In this document: piece after piece, positions 41,572 through 53,640 of the stretch
Layout: the number at the start of each line of letters is the position of its first letter
Numbering within the stretch: the stretch's first letter is position 1
NCBI GenBank assembly: GCA_951406725.2
Contig: OX597815.1
Span: 49,848,001-49,912,000 of the forward strand
Source: Octopus vulgaris
Taxonomy: Eukaryota
Direction: 5' to 3'
Length of the DNA: 64,000 nucleotides
Position numbers and translations under genes: made by a program
Notes under the pieces: model-generated
Seen by the model: the letters and a program-made list of their open reading frames with translations, nothing else
Told to the model about the DNA's origin: nothing
Databases searched by the model: none

Positions 41572-41985
41572 GATGATGGTTGGATGGTGGTGATGCCAGT
41601 GGTAGTTGTGTTGATAATGATGATGATGATGATGATCATCATCATCATGATAATGTTAATGACATCAGTAACAGTGATGTTGTTATGATGATGATGGTGA
41701 TGACAACGATGATGATGATAATTATTAGGTCGAATTGATGGTGGTGGTAGAGGTGATGATGATGATTGATGACGTCAACAATGATGACAATGATGACGAG
41801 ATTGTATTGGTAGTGGTGACGATGAAAATGACAATGATGACTGAGAACAGCAATGATGATGATGAGATGGATGTCAACGATGATGATGATGATGAGGATG
41901 AGATGATGGTAGTGGTGGTGTTGGTGGTGGTGATCATGCTTGGAATGATAATGATAAGAGAAACTATTATGGTAGATATCATGGA
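41246..41985. repeat. GAT/GCT/GGT-rich low-complexity tract with a ~110-bp internal duplication
   Basis: cacacatt..gatgctga.aacaatgtcac..tatattacaaca occurs twice (~41320, ~41430). Confidence 0.8.
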
Positions 41986-42012
41986 CACAGGTCAATATAG
42001 AAAATGGCAGTG

Positions 42013-42172
42013 GTGCAGGAGTGGTTGTGTGGTAAGTAGCTTGCTTACCAACCACATGGTTCTGGGTTCATTCCCACTGCGTGGCACCTTGGGCAAGTGT
42101 CTTCTACTATAGCCTCGGGCCGGCCAAAGCCTTGTGGGTGGATTTGGCAGACGAGAACCAAAAGAAGCCCGT

Positions 42173-42211
<39 letters not shown>

Positions 42212-42428
42212 ATATGTTTGTGTGTCTGTGTTTGTCCCCCTAACATCGCTTGACAACCGATGCTGGTGTGTTTACATCCCCGTAACTTAGCGGTTCGGCA
42301 AAAAGAGACTGATAGAATAAGTACTAGGCTTCCAAAGAATAAGTCCTGGGGTCGATTTGCTTGACTAAAGGCGGAGTTCCAGGATGGCCACAGTCAAATG
42401 ACTGAAACAAGTAAAAGAGTAAAAGAGT
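42013..42428 (+). mobile_element. SINE family A, near-intact reference copy (tRNA head, CORE-like segment, microsatellite, AAAAGAGT tail)
   Basis: A box TGGTTGTGTGG, B-box-like GGTTCATTCCC, and CCTTGGGCAAGT as in CORE-SINEs. Confidence 0.92.
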
Positions 42429-42474
42429 GGTGTGTTAACAGAGAGCTGTGTGTTGCTGATATGGTAGTTTGTGT

Positions 42475-42575
42475 TTAACCCTTTAGCATTCAAATTAATA
42501 TGTCAGAAGTAATCCTTATTCATTTACATTTAAAAAAATTAACCTGGTATTATCTTGTAGCTTCAAGATTTGTGT
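42475..42575 (+). mobile_element. piggyBac-like MITE end
   Basis: TTAA-CCCTTTAGCATTCA; the same end occurs inverted at 45688. Confidence 0.6.
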
Positions 42576-42779
42576 TTGAATTGACAATGATGGTGATGAT
42601 GAGGAGGATGACGGTGACAACAGCAGTGGTGGCTGTAATGCTAGTAGTGATGATAGTGGTGATGGTGTTGGTGATTGTGATTGTGATGCTGGTGTCAGTC
42701 GTGATGATGGTGATGATGATGCTAACAATGACAACTACAGCGGCAGTGTTGGTGCTGGTGGTCGTTGTCATCATTGTCG

Positions 42780-43062
42780 TCGTGGAGCTGTTGGAGATGA
42801 AGGTACTAGCGATGAAGGCATTGGAAGTGTTGGTGGTGGATGTGTTGGTGGTGAAGGTAATGGTGGTGGAGGTGCTGGTGGTGAAGGTACTCATGGTGAA
42901 GGCATTGGTGGTGGAGCTGTTGGTGGTGGAGGTGTTGGTGGTGAAGGCATTGGTGGTGGAGGTGTTGATGGTGGAGCTGTTGGTGGTGGAGCTGTTGGTG
43001 GTGGAGGTGTTGGTGGTGAAGGCATTGGTGGTGGAGCTGTTGGTGGTGAAGGCATTGGTGGG
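42780..43062. repeat. 15-bp minisatellite (GTGGAGCTGTTGGTG / GTGAAGGCATTGGTG variants)
   Basis: About 18 imperfect units. Confidence 0.9.
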
Positions 43063-43460
43063 GGGTACTGGTGGTGGCAGAAGCAGCAACAACAATAGTG
43101 ACAAGCAACAGCAGCTGTAGTGGTGATGGAGGTGATGATGATGATGGGGATGATGAGGAGGAGGAAGAGGATATTAGTGACAGCAATTGCAATGGTGGTG
43201 ATGGTGGGATAGCAGTCAAACTAGTAACGACTTGTGATGGTGTTGATGATGATAGTGGTGGCGGCGGCAGCTGCAGTGGTGGTAGAGATGCTGACTGCAA
43301 TTGTGGCACAGGAGCAGGTGGTTGATTCCTAATAGCAACAGATATTACTAGCCTTTTGTGTATATACATACATGATTACATACACACTCATATCTATCTA
43401 TCTATCTATCTGTCTGTATGTATGTATGTACATATACATGTATATACATGTACTTGTATA

Positions 43461-43505
<45 letters not shown>

Positions 43506-44089
43506 ATGGATGGATGGATGTATCTATGCATGTATGTATGTATACATGTGCATGTGTATACATATATGTATAAGCATGTGTATGATAGGAGGGGTGGCTA
43601 TGTGGACGGAAAGGAAATATGTCAGTTTGTCTGTTGTACCCAATAGTTTTACAACAATATAAAATGATATAAATACATCCAAGAAGAGGTCAGAGGTGAA
43701 CCTTTGGATTAATGAGAGCAGAAATGAATGATTCTAAATACTAGCCAAATCCTTACATTATTCTCTTTTGAACATGAGAAGGGGAAAAAAACTCCGCATA
43801 AAATAACAAATATATATCTCTCTCTCTTTCCCCTTATCACCATCATACAAACAATCATCACTTTTATATTTCCATTTATTCATTTATTTATTTTATTTAG
43901 TTATTTATAAATCTAATAACCTTCAATGACATTTTTTTCTGCTGTTTAGTATTTTTTATGTCTTTTTTATCACTTTATTTTCTTTGATTTTTTTTTTCTC
44001 TCCTCTTCCTGAAATATTTTTTTACAATTTACAATCTTTTTATTTTTGTTTATGTATAAGAAGACAGTATCATATATTTGCGAGTGTGC

Positions 44090-44299
44090 CTCTATGTGTG
44101 CATATGAACATATATATATATATGTGTGTGCATGTATGTGTGTATATATATGTATATATACATACATGTGTGTGTATATATAAATATATATACATACATG
44201 TGTGTATATATATATGTATATACATATGTATATACATATACACATATGTGTATATATACATATATATACATATGTATATATATACATATATATATATAC

Positions 44300-44350
<51 letters not shown>

Positions 44351-44378
44351 CATATATACATATACATATATATACATA

Positions 44379-44432
<54 letters not shown>

Positions 44433-44589
44433 TATATGTACATATATATACAAATATATATATATACATATACATATATATATATTTATATACATACATA
44501 TATATATGCATACATATACATGTATATATATATACATACATATATATATATATATACATACATATATATATACATATATATATACATAC

Positions 44590-44665
<76 letters not shown>
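44090..44665. repeat. Long (TA)/(TACA) microsatellite tract
   Basis: Seen directly; source of several spurious YI-rich ORFs. Confidence 0.95.
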
Positions 44666-44667
<2 letters not shown>

Positions 44668-45103
44668 ACATACATGCATTCACACACATATAATATACAT
44701 AAAGAGCCAAGTGAGTTATACATTCTTGCAAGTGTGTGCATTTGAAAAAGCCAACAGTTCAACTCAGACCAGTGGAAAAAAAGACAAAACAAAAAACAAG
44801 CAAAAAAAAACAGTATCAACCAACCAACCAGCCAACCAACCAAACATGAATTCAATTAAAATTCACTGAGATGGAAAATTCAAATGAAAATGTCAATATC
44901 TGATTGTTTTGTCAACTTGTAAACTCTTAAATCAGCAACTAGACACTTGGCAAGATTTATAAATGAGGGCGGGGGGGGGGGGACACAGGGAAGGAACCTG
45001 CAATAACTGTTGTGGCAGCAACAACAACAGAATACTTTTGGGAGACTGAAGGAGAAAAGCAGTAAGTGCAACAGCAACCACATAAACTACAATGGGAGTG
45101 GTG

Positions 45104-45158
<55 letters not shown>

Positions 45159-45324
45159 CAGCAGCAGCAGCAGCAACAGTGATGGTGGTGCTGGCAGTGG
45201 TGGCAGCAGCAGCTGTAGTAATAGTGGTGATGGTGGTGGCGGTCATGATGTTGGTTATGGTTGTGTTGGTGGTGGTGGTGATGGTGGTAGTAGTAGTACC
45301 CAGTACACTCTGTGGAATGGTTGG

Positions 45325-45499
45325 CATGTTAAAAGCACCCAGTGCACTGTGGAGTGATTGGCATTTGGAAGGGCATCTAGCAGCAGAAACAATGCCAGAA
45401 TAGACATGGAGCCTGGTGTCGCCCCTGACCTAACGAACTCTGGTGAAGCCATCCAACTCATGCCAGCATGGAAAATTAACATTAAACAATGATGATGAT
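45325..45499 (+). mobile_element. Family C RTE 3' UTR fragment
   Basis: aaaagcaccca..gaagggcatctagc..ccagcatggaaa..attaaacaatgatgatgat. Confidence 0.75.
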
Positions 45500-45688
45500 A
45501 TCAGGCCCAAATATTCTACCCATTATTGTCAAACTGACCAAATCAGGCCTCTCACACCTATCCTGCAACATCATTCTAAACATAAATGGTTATATCTCAA
45601 ATCTACAAGACAGTGTGAGATTAATTCAAAACAACATGAGTATGTAACCATTAAATTTGACAGAGTAATCTGAATGCTAAAGGGTTAA
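45500..45688 (-). mobile_element. piggyBac-like MITE fragment
   Basis: Ends TCTGAATGCTAAAGGG-TTAA. Confidence 0.6.
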
Positions 45689-45825
45689 TCCCAGCTCAAC
45701 CCTATAAAGGAGATCTATGCATGATCGAAAGTATTTTAGCATGACATCAACCATCTCATGTATTCAGACATCATTTACTGCAGAGTAAACTATGCAGTGT
45801 GGCTGTGTGGTAAAAAAAAAAGCTC

Positions 45826-46560
45826 TGGAACCTGGCACATCCATTCCTCACTGTGTCTCTGGGAAGATTATCAAACACCTCCTTGATCTTGGCCACCAGC
45901 TTAGCGTTGATGTTGCAGGCAGAGCAGTTGATGTCTTTCACAACTGCACCTCACACATACTAATCCATGGGATTACAATTAGGAGAATTAAGAGACCAGA
46001 AATTGAAGCTGGTGAAGCCATAGAAATTCTCCAGTAATCACTGCTGACTGTTTCTGAAGGTATAGCAAGGAGCCAAATTCTGCTGATACACATGTGGCCT
46101 TCCAACAGTAGTCCTCTCCAGCCAGGGGTTGGCCACAGTCTCCAGTAGCTTTATATTGCTGTCCGAAATAAACCTAAGGTCCTGTCCAAAGATGTTGGGT
46201 GGCATGGTGTCATCCTCGCTGGAGAGACATCAAAGATCATCACAGTTTGGGGGAACTTGGTTTTCATGATGTCCATGTCATATCTTATAGCCTTTCCAGT
46301 GTTTACAGAGCATTGAGCAGAAGTCATGTTGTTAGCATTTTGGTAATTGGTACGAATCATAATGATACAGGCAACTCTTTTCCAATATTCAGATGGCTTC
46401 CAGTCTTCCATGTCAGCTAATAACTTTCTCTCACTACAACTTTAACCTCTATGCTCTCCAATGCTGTTGACTGTTCACCAATATATCAATCTGTTCCTGA
46501 AACAAAGTAAATATAAAGCATTATCAAATTTAACCCGAACTCTCTATCTTCATGATGTAT
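45826..46560 (-). pseudogene. maT/DD37D (Tc1-mariner superfamily) transposase relic, internally deleted
   Basis: MKTKFPQTVM..KLLETVANPWLER..GRPHVYQQNLAPCY..NFWSLNSPNCNPMD*YV*GAV..AKLVAKIKEVFDNLPRDTVRNGCARF matches QQDxAPxH and WPPxSPDxNPxD motifs. Confidence 0.85.
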
Positions 46561-46954
46561 GTACAGGGTAAACACAATTTATAATTGCAATCAGCTTCAA
46601 TTTGCACAGGTTCCCAAAATTAACAACACACCAGAACAACATGAGCCAAGATAAAACATCCTTGCCTTTGCTTGACCTGCTAAAATTAGCAACCAAATTT
46701 TCTTGTAATCCTTAGATCTTAAATTGAAAAGGAAAGATACATTAAACAATGTTCCCCTCATGTTCATTGCCAGAAACAAATTATGGTTGTTTAGGAATGA
46801 ACCAATAGTGAACTTAGCACTGAATATAGCACTTCAAGGAATAGCTACAATAACAATATCATCACCACTTTAAATAATGTAGCACTAGATCTACAGAAAT
46901 TCAATTAGCATACACATGACAAAATAGCTGCAAAAAGCTGTGGCTAGAAAACCT

Positions 46955-47729
46955 TAGTCCATGCTAGAGCACTGCTTTGAGAAATTTTAGTCAAACTAAT
47001 CAACCCCAAGACTCATTTTATTTTTAAGCCTGGTGCTTATTCTATCGGTCTCTTTTGCTGAACCACTAAAGTATGGGGACATAAGAACACCAACAGCGGT
47101 TGTCAAGTGATTGTGGGGGACAAAAAACAGATACACACACATAAATATATGTATGATGAGCTTCTTTCAGTTTCCCTTTACCAAATCCACTCACAGGGCT
47201 TGGTTGGTCCAAGGCTATAGTAGAAGACACTTGCCCAATGTGCCATGCGGTTGCAAAGCAAACTTCATATAGGCATAGGAGTGGCTGTGTGGTAAGAAGC
47301 TTGCTTATGAACCACATGGTTCTGGGTTCAGTCTCACTGTGTGGCACCTTGGGCAAGTGTCTTCTACTATAGCCTTGGGCCAACCAAAGCTTTGTGAGTG
47401 GATTTGGTAGACGGAAACTGAAAGAAGCCCGTCATATATATGTATATATATATGTGTGTGTGTGTACGTATGTGTGTATATGTTTGTGTGTCTGTGTTTG
47501 TCCCCCCAACATCGCTTGACAACCGATGCTGGTGTGTTTACGTCCCCATAACTTAGCAGTTCGGCAAAAAAAGACTGATAGAATAAGTACTAGGCTTACA
47601 AAGAATAAGTCCTGGGGTCGATTTGCTCGACTAAAAGGCGGTGCTCCAGCATGGCCACAGTCAAATGACTGAAATGAGTAAAAGAGTAAAGGAAAAAAAA
47701 GAGAGTACCACACAGCCATGCCTACGCCT
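46955..47729. mobile_element. SINE family A (+, 47270-47695) inserted in the head of an opposite-strand family A copy
   Basis: The minus copy breaks at gcaaacttc and resumes accacacagccatgcctacgcct at ~47707. Confidence 0.88.
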
Positions 47730-49159
47730 ATAGAACTAGGTCTAAATTTTGTGCTGTGTAAGGCAATGTCTTTTATATAGAAGGCCTAATGTGTTAGTGG
47801 CATGAATAATGTTATAACAGAACAAAGGGAAATATGGTTTATTTCAATTAGAAATAAACTCTACAGGGAACTATCTGAGTGGATTCTGGATCTGTAAACG
47901 GGATGGAGGAGGTTAAGGTATGGAAAATAAAGATTTCATATACAGTAACAAATGTATCTGAATATAGAAGAGGAAGGATTGAAGTAGTAAGTGGAGAGAA
48001 AGGAGAAAAAAATAAGAGGAGGAGGAAGTAGAAGAAATCAGGAAAGAAAAAGAGAAAATGTGTATAAGAGATAGGGGAGAGAAAGAGAGAGAGAGAGAGC
48101 AAGTTAAAATGAAGATGCTAGAGGAAGAAGTGGGACAGTTATGTTTCATCTTGATATTTCTAAACCAATTAAAGATTTTTTGGGGTGAAGTAAAATACAA
48201 AATTATGGAAGTAATGCAAAGACTGCTTCACTTGTTACTTCCTTTCTTTGTGTGTTTTAATTTGGGCACACATACACACACATGCATGTGCACACGTGCA
48301 CATACATATGCATACACTATATCACAACACACATACACAAATACATTATCCTCATGCACAAAATATATATATACACATAAGCATATTCATGCACATACAC
48401 ATACACATCTGTTCGAGGTTTTTTTCTTTCTCCAATTTTTCTATAATTTTGGGTTTTTCAATAATATTTTTCTGTCTTCTTTGTGATTTTCTTTAATTCT
48501 TACCGATTCCACCATGACAATCCCAAACCAGATTAGAAACAATCAAGTAAAACATGAAAAAAGAAAAGTAAACTACATAAAAAAAATATCAATAGAAATG
48601 AAAAAGATAACATACATAATATATAATAACTGATAAAAAAAAGAGGAAAAACATTAGGAAAAAGATATTTTACTTTACTTACTTATTTATCTTCAAGTAT
48701 TGAATATTTTTCTTACTCTTTTCTTATCTTTCAATATATCACTCATTTTCTATTGCATTTAGAAACGAATGCCTGAAAGAATAAAATAAATAAGTAAATG
48801 TGTGTAATGTGTGATATCCTGAGCATTAATGTCTTCTGTCTCCAATAACATTTGCGGGTCATCTGTTAAGAAAGAAGAAAAACAATATTTACAAATTCTT
48901 TCTGGAATATTATACAGCAAAAATATATGGTTGCAAAATGTTAGAAAACATTGGAAGAAAATCTTAACAAAATGTATTGTCATCCATAACACCAGGAATT
49001 ATTTTCTTCAGTGGAATTTTTCTTCATCTTCAAAATAGATGGAGTGCAAAATTGCAAAATGAGAATTTTCAAATTCAAAAGCTCCAAAATGTTTGTGTGT
49101 CTAAGGAAGGGGAAAAAATGTCAATTTAAAAAAAGAAAGTGTTGCACTCCACATGTATT

Positions 49160-49375
<216 letters not shown>

Positions 49376-49387
49376 CATATATATATG

Positions 49388-49570
49388 GACAGCTGAGCTC
49401 TACACGTTTTTTTCATTCTTTCTCAGTTTATTTCCTCATATTCCTTTCTTTTGAAGAGTGTAGGCTCAAAGCATAAAAAACTTTTCACTTTTTTCCAAGC
49501 ATCAAACTAATACACTTGCATGTTGTTCCTACACCTATCTTCATCTTTTGTTTTTCTATAAATTTCAACT
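49388..49570 (+). mobile_element. Penelope-derived fragment with heavily decayed hammerhead (49444-49479)
   Basis: CTTT-CTTTTGA-A-GAGT-GTAG-GCTC-AAAG-CA-TA-AAAA; same layout and tail style as 3455-3640; several changes are CpG transitions. Confidence 0.4.
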
Positions 49571-50171
49571 AGATATATATATATATAGAGAGAGAGAGAC
49601 AGAGAGAGACAGAGAGAGACAGAGACAGAGACAGACAGACAGACAGACAGACAGGCAGGCAGGCAGGCAGACACATAGATAGACAGATAGGTGGATAAAT
49701 CTAGATATACATGTACATACCAACATTGCATAATGTATACATGCATGGAGATAGACAGAGGAATTAGATAGATTTAGTAGCTGTAATAGTATAGAGGCAC
49801 ATGCTGTAACAGCATGTTGCTGCATCCACCATTTGTTGGTGATTCCCTACTATGCCTGGTGGATGATGTCTTTGCACCATTCAGGTGCAAATACATGGGT
49901 CTGTCTGGGTCAGCATTGCTGGTGAAGGTTTGATGAGGCCGGAGTACAATTCCTGTGTCAGCCTCTTTTACAAGTAGATGAAACATTGGTTCTATGCTTT
50001 GCCATACTGGTCCCCACATAGCATAATAGATTTAATTGACATTAATTTGACATTACACAAGCAGGTGTAAATAGTCTCACCTTGCAACAAAGAATGATTA
50101 AATATGTATATGTACATAATGATAAAATTTCCCCGTCAACCAATTTCTCCCGTTTTTATAACAAAATGAAC

Positions 50172-50455
50172 TGACAAAGGAATAAACGATTATCTTATGA
50201 ACTTCTTTAGCTTAGAGCTGTTTCTGCTATAGGATGCAGTAGACTCATAGGCGAGTGCCTGAATAACAAGCACTTCATATTCAAGGCTTTGATGAAGCTA
50301 TAAGGTGTTACCCAGGCACTCGACTATAAGTCCACTGCATCTTATAGCAGAAACAGCTGCAAGCTAATGTAGTTCATGAGATAATCATTTATTCTTTTGT
50401 CATCTCATCTTATTACCATTCAGTACTCAACTTATGCTTTGTCCTAAAGCATATG
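50172..50455. mobile_element. Penelope-like fold-back element (arms 50172-50268 / 50306-50402) with hammerhead motif 50286-50364
   Basis: GCT-TTGATGA-A-GCTATAAGGTG..CATCTTATAGC-AGAAACAGCTGCA-AGC; the two arms give the consensus GAAACAGCTGTAAGC. Confidence 0.75.
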
Positions 50456-50511
50456 TATATTGAGTTCTACACGAAGTTATTCGTATCACAATGCCTAACT
50501 GAAATATATAT

Positions 50512-50842
50512 TATTTACATTATTTACATTCGACAGATATTTGTCCTCATCTTGTTTGTTGTTAACCACTACGCCATATGCCCATGGGCATATGGCGTAG
50601 TGGTTAAGAGCACGGGCTACTAACCCCAAGATTCTGAGTTCGATTCCAAGCAGTGACCTGAACAACAACAGCAACAACAATAATAATAATAATAATAATA
50701 ACATCAAAAAATACCTTAGGAATGAGAACCCAGGTTTGAAATTTCCCAAAGACACCTGAAGAAGGCTGGAGGGTATATCAGCCGAAACGTTGTGTTAACA
50801 ACAAACAAGATGAGGACAAATATCTGTTGAATGTAAATATAG
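50512..50842 (+). mobile_element. tRNA-headed, hammerhead-containing PLE-type SINE with 5' inverted copy
   Basis: 15-bp direct repeats AACTGAAATATATAT (50497-50511, 50843-50857); A box TGGCGTAGTGG 50593-50603; B box GAGTTCGATTCC 50636-50647; hammerhead 50751-50796; tail 50794-50838 inverted at 50522-50566. Confidence 0.8.
50751..50796 (+). ncRNA. Minimal type-I hammerhead ribozyme, core intact
   Basis: GACAC-CTGAAGA-A-GGCTG-(10 nt)-CAGCC-GAAA-CG-TT-GTGTT; helix III reduced to the palindrome AACGTT; predicted cut after 50791. Confidence 0.8.
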
Positions 50843-50849
50843 AACTGAA

Positions 50850-50880
<31 letters not shown>

Positions 50881-50881
<1 letters not shown>

Positions 50882-51350
50882 CATCATCATCATTGTTGTC
50901 ATCATTTAACATTTGCTTTCCATGCTGGATGGGTCAAATGGTTTGACTGAAAACTGGCAGGCTGGGAGGCTGCACCAAAGTCCAGTCTGATGTGGCAAGG
51001 TTTCTACAGCTGGATGCACTTCCTAACGCCAACCACTCCAAGAGTGTAGTGGATGCTTTTTACATGCCACCTGCATGGGAGCCAATCAGGCAGCACCGGC
51101 ATCAGCTATGCTCAAATGGTGCTTTTTATATACCACCAGTATGGGTGCCAGTCAGGTAGGACTGGTTTCTTTTTTATGTGCCACCAGCACGAGTGCCAGT
51201 TAGGTGGCACTGGCATCAGCTACGATTATAGTTTCATTTGATTCAACAAGTCTTCAAAAGCACAGCCTATTGGCCAACAATTGAAGGGTGTTTTTAAATA
51301 GGCCAGTTATGCGACATTGGCATCAGCCATGACTGCGATCTCAGCTTCTT
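50881..51350 (-). mobile_element. Family C RTE 3' UTR
   Basis: catcatttaac..ttccatgctgg..gtttctacagctggatgcacttcctaacgccaaccactcc plus gccaccagcac repeats. Confidence 0.8.
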
Positions 51351-51740
51351 TTTCTTGTTTCAGTCATTAGGCTGCAGCTATGCTGGGTGTTTTTCCTTGA
51401 AGGGTTTTAGGCAAATTCATTTTTCCTTTCTTAAAGACCAGTACTATTTTATCAGTCTCTTTGCTAACCTACTAAGTTACGGAGAGGTAAACACACCAAC
51501 ACCAGTTGTCAGATGGAGGGGGACAAACACAGACACACAAAGACACACATGGTCACATTCACACACATATATAAATGTCGAGCTTCTTTCAGTTTCCATT
51601 TACCAAATCCACTCACAAAGCCTTGGTTGACCCGACGCTAAAGTAGAAAACACTTGCTCAAGGTACCATGCAGTAGGACTGAACTTGGAACCATATGGTT
51701 GGGAAGCAAGCTTCTTGCCACACAGCCATGCCTGCACCTA
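51350..51740 (-). mobile_element. SINE family A
   Basis: Family A match including the head. Confidence 0.85.
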
Positions 51741-52558
51741 TATATATAAAGGGAGAGAGAGATTCCTTTAATTTTTTATAAATATTTTCATATAAAGATA
51801 TAAATCATCATCTTTATAAGTTTTATACAATTGGCCGGAAGACTCTCACAAGCATACCATCACAAACATTTTGAGCTGAATTAATATTCGGCATTTTTCT
51901 AACCTAAATATGAACTATTGAACATATGATATAAGTTACATAGAATGTATCAATTATTTTCAACAAATCATATAATCTCTTTTAACGCTGATTATCGTCA
52001 TTACCACTGCTACCACTATCAACATTGGCTAAATAAAGGAATCTTCGTGTTTTAGTATCCAGTCCCATTTCATATGTGGTGACTAACCTAAATTCTAACA
52101 TTCCACATCAATTTTACATCAAATTTTCTTTGTCATCAAATGATAAAAATTTATAATTTACATAATTTAATCAGAGATATTTAACTTAATGCTTTGTGTC
52201 TTTGTTGTCTTGTGCATACAATAGAATCGAAACCTGTTTTGTTAGCTAAATAGAATGGGTAATCTAGAAACGTAGACAAGATGTCTATGACATACTTCGT
52301 CAGTGTTATTATAATTTCAATAAGTTATTTGAAGAAACCAAGCTGGATGTTGCTGAAATAATTAAAATCCTTCAAATGAAAGGTCTAAAATTGGGAAACT
52401 CAATCAGTGCCAGCTTTTATCTGCTATGTATTCATGAAATATGAATAAAAAAAAGTATAAGCTACCAATACCCATTGACTGTTCCTGTATTGAAAATTAC
52501 ATAACTATTTCTTTCAAAGATTGCCATATTAGCTGAGTCATTAATGTGTGGATTGATT

Positions 52559-53132
52559 AAGGTGGTGAGCTGGCAGAATCGTTAGCACGCCGGGTGAAAT
52601 GCTTAGCGGTATTTCGTCTGCCGCTACGTTCTGAGTTCGAATTCCGCCAAGGTCGACTTTGCCTTTCATCCTTTCAGGGTCGATTAAATAAGTACCAGTT
52701 ACGCACTGGGGTCGATATAATCCGTTTGTCTGTTCTTGTTTGTCCTCTATATGTTTAGACCCTTGTGGGTAGTAAAGAAATAGGTATTTTGTCTGCCGTT
52801 ATGTTCTGAGTTCAAATTCCGCCGAGGTTGATTTTGCCTTTCATCCTTTCAGGGTCAATAAATTAAGTATCAGTTACGCACTGGGGTCGATGTAATTGAC
52901 TTAATTCCTTTGTCTGTCCTTGTTTGTCCCCTCTATGTTTAGCCCCTTGTGGGCAATAAAGAAATAAGAGTCATTTGCACACAGGACAAAATGCATAGAG
53001 GCATTTCATTTGTCTTTACATTCTGAGTTCAAATTCACTTTTCATCTTTTCACAAGGGTTGATAAAATAAGCATCATTCAAGTACTGGGGTTGATGCAAT
53101 TGACTGGGTAGCTTTTGCCTACAGTAGAAAGG
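52559..53132 (+). mobile_element. SINE family B trimer within one 19-bp TSD
   Basis: ATTAATGTGTGGATTGATT (52540-52558) / ATTAATGCATGGATTGATT (53133-53151); two young units plus one diverged unit. Confidence 0.85.
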
Positions 53133-53445
53133 ATTAATGCATGGATTGATTGTAGCTATCAGCATTGTGGGTTCAAATACAATCAGTATCAAGTTTGCCT
53201 TTCACCCTTTCAATATTGATGAGAAAAAAATACCGTTCTGGTGATGTGGATGATTCCTCTTATTCTCTCTCTGGAGGAAATCTGCTGTGGTAAGACCTAG
53301 GCGTGCTAGGTTTCAAAAATATCCACGTTATCATATGTCATGCTGGTACCTCAGCAACTCTATTAGAAATTGATGAACTAAGTCAAAAAAAAGCAACCAT
53401 TTCTTTATTGATCTCAAAGTTATTATCACTAATGTCAATATATTA

Positions 53446-53640
53446 AGGTGGTGGACTGGCTGAAGTGCTAGTATGCTGGGTGAAATTTTTAGCAGCATTT
53501 TGTCCATCTTTAAGTTCTAAGTTCAAATTCTGCCAAGGTCGACTTTGTCTTTCATCCTTTTGGGGGTCGATGAAATAAATACCTGTTGAGCATTGGAGTC
53601 GACATAATCAACTTACTACCTCCCCTAAAATTGTTGGCCA
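53446..53640 (+). mobile_element. SINE family B
   Basis: Head, gttcaaattctgccaaggtcgactttg, tail. Confidence 0.82.

Noticed and set aside
43970-44855. Longest ORFs (253 and 261 aa) and similar YI/HT/CV-rich ORFs at 22.0, 34.0, 40.0 and 49.1 kb
   Set aside because: They are translations of (TA)n, (CA)n or (CTAT)n microsatellites, not genes.
42475-45688. Apparent 3.2-kb piggyBac composite bounded by inverted TTAA-CCCTTTAGCATTCA ends
   Set aside because: Similarity extends ~100 bp, suggesting two independent copies of the same MITE end in opposite orientation; no transposase lies between them.
50586-50658. tRNA gene
   Set aside because: No acceptor-stem pairing or poly-T terminator; it is a SINE-type head. 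The same applies to the family A, B and D heads.
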